Assembly: GCA_013265495.1 (NCBI GenBank)
Contig: MU058065.1
Coordinates: 4,133,003-4,197,002, forward strand
DNA: 64,000 nucleotides
Source: Vicugna vicugna
Taxonomy: Eukaryota
Direction: 5' to 3'
This document shows, piece by piece, positions 53,661 through 64,000 of this stretch; the first letter of the stretch is position 1; the number at the start of each line of letters is the position of its first letter. The notes below the pieces were generated by a model that had not been told where the DNA came from, made no database searches, and worked only from the letters and a program-made list of their open reading frames with translations. The translations under genes and the position numbers were made by a program.

Positions 53661-54896
53661 AGAATTTGAGTTGCATGTTAAAAGTTTTGCGACCAATGTA
53701 AGTTTTAAACTTGACTCATTTCTAACCCTTGGTTCTGGAGTCTGTTGGCACTTTAATTCCAGTTGTTGTAAGAAACAGAAATTTCAGGTTTATGTGGCAC
53801 ACTACACTATATATCCACAGAGATTTAAACCCTTTGGCAGAACCCACTTTTAAACGCAGTTATCATAGTGGGTTTCCATCCTTTGTGGAAGTTCCAGTTA
53901 CTTGCTATATGAATAAAAAAGTGAATTGTATTTGACTTGTGACTTTGGGGTGAGGTGCTTAAGGAGCAGTTATCCTGACCTAGGCTTTCCATGCATTGGC
54001 TCATACCAGACTCCTAGTTCTTATTGGAGGCATTTATGACTTGGGGTTTAGTGTTGGCTGATCTTTTTGAATGATTTAATTAAGGCTCCTATAGATTTCA
54101 TGCAAATATGAAACATCAGGTTTTCCTAAATGAGCTACTTTAAATCCTGACATAAGCCATCAAGTGTGTCCTCTCAACTACTCAGGAATTATACTTTAGT
54201 CTAATACGTGAGAGGGAGGAATGACAATTTGTGGAATTGCTGGAATTTTCTTTGATGCTTGGAGTATCGCCCTTCTTAAATGTCACAGTCACTTAATTTC
54301 TCTAGATAGTATGTGGTTCGTTTCTAGAAGCCTGTCTTTTCCCAGAGGAATGCACATGATAGGTTAAGGAAGATCAAGATCCCTTTTATGATAAAACATG
54401 CTATGTATGATACGATAGTCCTTTGCTTCTGCAGTAATTCGGCTACAGTTTCTTGGGACTTCATGCTGTCAAACTCCTGTCAGTGGAATGCAAGTTGACA
54501 TCCCACTAGAAGATAATAATTATCCATTGTAGCACCTTTCATCAGGACCTGCTGGGCCGTACAGAAAGTATTTCACACCAGTGAAACGAATGGATGTTCA
54601 TTAAATTTACCTGCACTGGCAAGAAACACAGAGCCCATTTCTTTCAGAGCGCTGAGAAACTCAAAAAATAGGCCATCACGTTCTCTGTAATTTTATTCCT
54701 TCCTTAGTCGTAGAAGGTAGGCATGATTTGGACTTTACAAGCCAGAGTTACTACCTGACCTTTATAAGTGTGAATCAGGGGGGTGATCTCCTTAGATTAG
54801 TTCAGAGTATGCTTGAAGTCCCTAGAATTTTGTGCAAATTAGAAGTGATTGTTTTTCTAGGAAGAAGGTACATTGCTCCCAGCAAACTCTCTGCTT

Positions 54897-55111
54897 CAGG
54901 GGTTGGTAGACTGTGGCCCAAAGGTCAAATTCAACTGCCTCAGTTTTTGCAAACAAAGTTTTCTTAGAATACAGTCATACCCCTTTGTTCAGGTATTGCC
55001 TACGATCAAGGCGCAGTGAGGAGTTGAACACGTTGCCAGAGAGACCACATAGCCCATTAAGCCTAAAATATTGACTATCTGACCCTTTTAGAGAAAATCT
55101 GTTGAACACTG
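54897..55111. mobile_element. MER58A-like (hAT-Charlie) element
   Basis: caggggttggtagactgtggcccaaaggtcaaattc...aaagttttcttagaatacagtcat...aagcctaaaatattgactatctgaccctttt. Confidence 0.8.
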
Positions 55112-56652
55112 TTCTAAAGGATTAGTCAGTAAAGGATTATTGTGTTTGACTTTTGGTTCTGGTAGTCCAGCTATTTACCTGTGCCACTAAATTGTGTTAA
55201 AAATATGAAGGGCATTCTAAATATGAGAACTTTAAAACAGTCTGCATCTGGCCCCATTCTTTGATGTAGAAAGAGAACCTTAGGCTTATATGTGAATTTC
55301 AAGCAGGCTTTACAAATAAAAGCAAAAATTTAATGGAAGGACGTTTACTTTCCCTGAAATATACTTCAGTATTCGATTGATTTGTATTCAAAAATGTCTT
55401 AATTTTGATCATAAGAATAACATTAAAAAGTAAACTGTACTTCTATAAAGGCTTATAAGGAAAATGCCTTTGAAAGTGTCAAAATTAACTTTCTTCCGAG
55501 AGAAGCGTTCCATAGCTCCGTGCCTGAAGAAATTATCATCCTGAAATCAAGGTGGAGAAAGGAAAATCATAATATCAAATCCCAAATGTACAAAACTTCC
55601 ACTGATAGGGCCCACATTTTAAATTCCCAGCCATCCTGACTGGTGATGGAGCTAAAAAAAATGACAGAGGGCAGAGTGTTTGCCCTTACGTCTTCTTGGT
55701 GCTCACAGAGTCCATGTTTAACTTCCTTTAGTCTCTTCCTTGCCCCTTAAATTCCCTGCCCCTTCCTTCAGCTATCCAGGAAAGTATTAAAATTAATCAG
55801 AGTATTTTTTTTCCTCCCTCTCCTAGAGCAGGCGACAGATACTGGACACAGTACAGATTTGTTGAGTCATTGAATGACTCCATGATCCCTCCCAGCAGAA
55901 GCAACCACCTCTATTTGCTATAAAGCCCTCCTACTTGTCCCAAAGTATTTTTAAGTGACAGGCAAGAGGAACTTGACTTAAACTAACTACACTGAGATGC
56001 TCCTTTATCAGACCTAATGGCTAAGTACCTGTATGTGAAAAGCTGGCCAGTACATCCTTAGCTCAGAGAAGCCTGTATTAATTCCCAGGCTTGAATTAAC
56101 ACTGGACGTAATGGGCATAAGATGCATCGGAGGACTCTGTTAGTTTTCCATCCAGTCATTCACTCATTCGTGACTCATCAGGTGTTTATTGAGCTTGCTC
56201 GGAACTAAGATTCGTGGGAGACACCGGGAAATGATGACGACATCAATCCTTCTTTTGAGGAGCACAAAGACTGGGGATAGAAACAGATAAGCAACATTAC
56301 GTCTGATTAGCAAGACCCCTTTACGTGTTCCAAACAAAGTAAGAAATAGAAATAACACCCTGAAATATGGAAAAATATCATAAGCAGCGTTACTGCCAGT
56401 CCTACATTCAGGCCCGTAGGGGGCAGTTTGGAAGACATAAAACTACTCACAAAGACCTGCAATGACCTGATGTTGCTGTGTGCTTAGTAGATACAATGTC
56501 AATATGGAGACTAGAAAATTACGTGGTACAATTTATCCCACTTTGTTATCAATTTCATACTTGTCACTGGAGACAGAGGTAGGCATATTTCTGATAAGAA
56601 AGGCAATCATTTTTCAGAAATTTAATTGCTCTTGGATATCTGGATCTGGTGC

Positions 56653-57275
56653 TCTTACTGAGCCAAACTCGGGCCTGCTCGCCTAATAAGCAGCAAAGCC
56701 AATCTAGAGACAGAAGATCGTGGTGAAGGAAAGTACAGCATTTATTGCAAGGCACCAAGGAGAATGGGTAGCTCAAAAGACCAGAGCTCTCCAATGGCTT
56801 TCAGAGAAAGGTTTCTAAAGACAGTGTGAGGGAGAAGATCATGGGGCCCATGATCAGCTTCTGCTTAGTTCTCTGACTGGTACATGGTGAGGTAACAGGG
56901 TGATGTTTTGAGAATCTTAGTCTTCAACCTCCTGATTCCAACTGGTCTGGGATCTAGTGCTTGTGGTCAGCATGCAGTTAATTTCTTCCACCTGGTGCAG
57001 GTTTAAGGCTCTGCAAGATACCTGTAGCAGATGGCTCAGGATAGTGTCTGTAGCCCTTGAGGAAGAACTCAGGGTCTTTGTTTTATTGCTAAACTATTAG
57101 TATTTTGTCTTACTTGACTGTTATCCTTTGTTTCTGCATGTTCTTGTTTCTCTGATGACATTTGCTCTTTGGAACTCTGGGAAGGTCTAGGAGGCTTAAG
57201 CTTTTCTGCAAACAAGATGCAGGGGACACAGGGATCTGTTCCCAGGAAGGCCTTGTAGGGTCCTGCTGGGTTTCA
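56653..57275 (-). mobile_element. ERV1-type solo LTR (about 620 bp)
   Basis: Minus strand begins TGAAACCCAGCAGG; tttattg (AATAAA on the - strand) at about 56741; flanks GTGC/GTAC consistent with a 4-bp TSD. Confidence 0.78.
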
Positions 57276-60166
57276 GTACTTGCAAAAAAAGGAGAAAAGA
57301 TAATCTAAGAGTGAAGTTTTTTTTTTCCCTTTTGGATGCCTTGTGTGTATTGAGAGAACTCACGTGACTCAGAGTGCCTGTTTTCTTTTCTCTTTAGTCA
57401 TCTCTGCAGGTAATTGCTTTAAGATGCTGTTGTTAAGTATGACTAGATTGCCTTTTGGCTGTATTAAAGTCCGTGCTTTCTTCTCTTTTTCTTGAGAAGA
57501 GAATATTCTTTTTTCTGAGGAAGAGATGGCCCTTGTCTATAAATGGAAATACATGAAATACTGATATATTTACCATCTTTTAATTGGCAAGAATTTCAAG
57601 AAGAGAAAAGCCACAAACACAATACAACCACCATTATGATTTTAATTCATAAAGCGTGTGTCCTTTCCCTGGCTTATGCACCCCAACATTATAATCATCC
57701 TCGGTGTATATTTCTAGTATTTCCTTTCCCCCACCTCAATCTTCTGGTTATTGTCCAATTTCTAAGCTGCTATTATGCCCCATGTAACCATCACTCCTTC
57801 TGCAGCAGAACATAAAACATACGCCATACACTTCACTAAACCATTCACGGAGGCAACGTTGAACTTGAACTTGCTTAGTTCTCTGTCTTCCCTTGAGCAT
57901 CACCCCCAGGGTAGATTCTTACAGAATCGCTACCCAAAGGAAGAAAGCTGTTTTGGGCTGCGTCTTGTCTTCATGCCAACCCTCCATTTTGAAATCCTGC
58001 AGCATCTTTGTTATTTTTTTTTCACGTGGCAGAGTTATATCTCTGAGTCCTGTGACCATTTAGTTTTCTGCTCCATTTCTTCTCTGTTTAGACACTGCCA
58101 TGCCCCGTCCTACATACTAATTACTGACTTTTTGCTTCTGCAGTGCTTGATTCATTGTGTCACATTTTCCCATGTGAAAGTGGACCGGGAACCTTGGCAA
58201 GGAGGTTAATGGATTGAAGAGTCACTCTTATTTAACCCTGAACGTCACAGGAAAATAAGAACCAGTGGCTTGACCCATTTTATGAACCAAGCTGTGGTCA
58301 ACTTCAGCTGCAGGTTGGCAGCGGATTTCAATCAGATGGCAAAGAAGCAGCTACAGAATTTGAACAGGATTGAAGATCCACACTCCCTTTTCCTATCTTT
58401 ATCTCTCAAAATTTGGCTGAAGCTCCTGATTCTTTGTTATTACCTTTAATGGGGAGTGGGAATAATCCCAGGGAGGGAGTTAGGATTTTTGGATTTTAGT
58501 CAGATTCTGTCACTCATTAGGTCGCATGAACTTTCAGATTATCAGATTCATTTTCTGGATCTCAACTGTCTCATCTATAAAATGAGGCTATTTCATCAAA
58601 TTATCTTTAACTTCTTATCTGGCTCTAGGAGTGTGTGATTTCAAATAGCTCTAAGCATTTATTTAAAAAAAAAAACACATTTGTTCAAAAAAACATTTAG
58701 TTAACTCTGTTATTTTCCATCACTCTGCTGAGAACCATAGATACAAATTTGAAATCTAAACAAGAAGGAAATTTGTGCTTTCTTTCTGAGGACCTCTGTG
58801 AAGGCAATCTTACCTTTAACACAGATTTTACACCATTGTTTTTCCTTTAAAGTTATCAGAGTGGGGAGCAGGTCTTAACAACTAGGAGCGAGATTATTGG
58901 TGATTAGTCTCAAGGGAGATTGGGAGGTTCTGCTTACCTTATTAAAATAAAGTCTTCGATTAAGTTGTATAAAAAGAAAACGGATGTGAATTACCCTTAT
59001 TCAGTGTTACCCCCACAGTCCTTTAACCATCCGTCACCATGAGCTAGTAATAAATATGACTCTTTATTCTTAAAAGTTACTTCTTCCAGTTCACACACAA
59101 GGACTGCTCCGGATGAGCAGCCTCCCATTGTTGTCGACTAGATGACTCTTCTCCTGACCTCATGCAGGCTTCCAGTTAATTTCCTTTTCCTGAGGAATAG
59201 GGACAAATTTCCGTGAAAGCAATCATTACAAATAATTTGGAGTAGAATAGAAGCAATGAGCAAGGAACCTCAAATTTTCGTTAAAACTTAATTTGGCTCT
59301 TTTCTTGGAAGACCCAAATGGGAAAGAGGACAGATAAGAGAAAGCTTTCCAGCTATTGGATTGAGCCAATATTTTTCATTAGATGGTGATGGGCATCTTT
59401 TATACTTTTGGAACCAACTCAGACCAGGAAAATTCCCTTTTTTCTCCCACCCTGATTGTCCTCCCTTGAAGACAGTGTCACATCACCTTGGTATATTAAA
59501 GATTTATCCACAGCAAGAATCAGGAGGGTTCAACATGATTCTGTGATCTTATTTATCGTTACTGTTTTTAAACCAACCATTATGTTGTTTATGATCAGTT
59601 GTTCTGTTTCAAAACTGCCACTGCCACCATTCATATATCAGAAACCTTTGATGTCATTGGAAATAAGTTTCTTAAAAAGGGCCAGTGCAGCCATGGTCAG
59701 TTGAGGGGCAAGACGTAGGGTCTTGGGAGCTTTTTGCACAATCCTTGCCTTGGAGATGAGATTTCTCAACAACTGTATCTTCCACATCTCTGCAACCAGA
59801 TAAACCAGTTCTTACTAATTACTCACAAACAGCTAAATGCTCAACTGCCACGTCGAACTGAAGAGGCATATCTGTACAATTTTCATTTTATTCCATGTTG
59901 ATGACACACTGTACTTGGGAGTCATCATTTATCTTCACAAGTGGTGTTCCAGCCGTTAGTTTACCAGTCCCACAACAGCCTTGGGAACTTGGCACATTGG
60001 ATGCAGAATTGCTTTACATCTCAGAGTGACGGTCAACGTTCCCTCTGTTTGTACAGGAAGGAGAATGACACTCACACACACAGCTTTCTCTCGCGTTGCT
60101 CTTTTGAAAGATTTTTTGCCGACTTGATTTGCTTCTTGCTCTCTTTGCCAGACGGGCCCATCTTAA

Positions 60167-64000
<3,834 letters not shown>

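Noticed and set aside
57775..58209. 144-aa ORF (longest non-EPHA4 ORF)
   Set aside because: No recognisable domain or coding-like composition; length is compatible with chance in 64 kb.

Overview
Mammalian genomic DNA, most likely a camelid, judged from repeated tRNA-Ala-derived Vic-1-like SINEs. The whole window lies inside the EPHA4 receptor tyrosine kinase gene on the + strand. It holds the 3' part of a long intron, a 156-bp coding exon (44336-44491; cysteine-rich/EGF-like region, conventionally exon 4), a 15,775-bp intron, a 339-bp coding exon (60267-60605; first fibronectin type III repeat, exon 5) and the start of the next intron. The rest is intronic. It carries lineage SINEs with target-site duplications (TSDs), truncated L1 ends, MIR/L2, MaLR and ERV1-type solo LTRs, hAT MER elements, microsatellites, and several repeat-free blocks dense in homeodomain/E-box motifs that look like developmental enhancers. 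The most striking structural anomaly is an apparently perfect 453-bp tandem duplication (32197-33103) whose unit contains cryptic exon-like signals. I found no convincing novel multi-gene system, CRISPR array or additional protein-coding gene. Repeat family names come from recalled consensus sequences, not from a database search.
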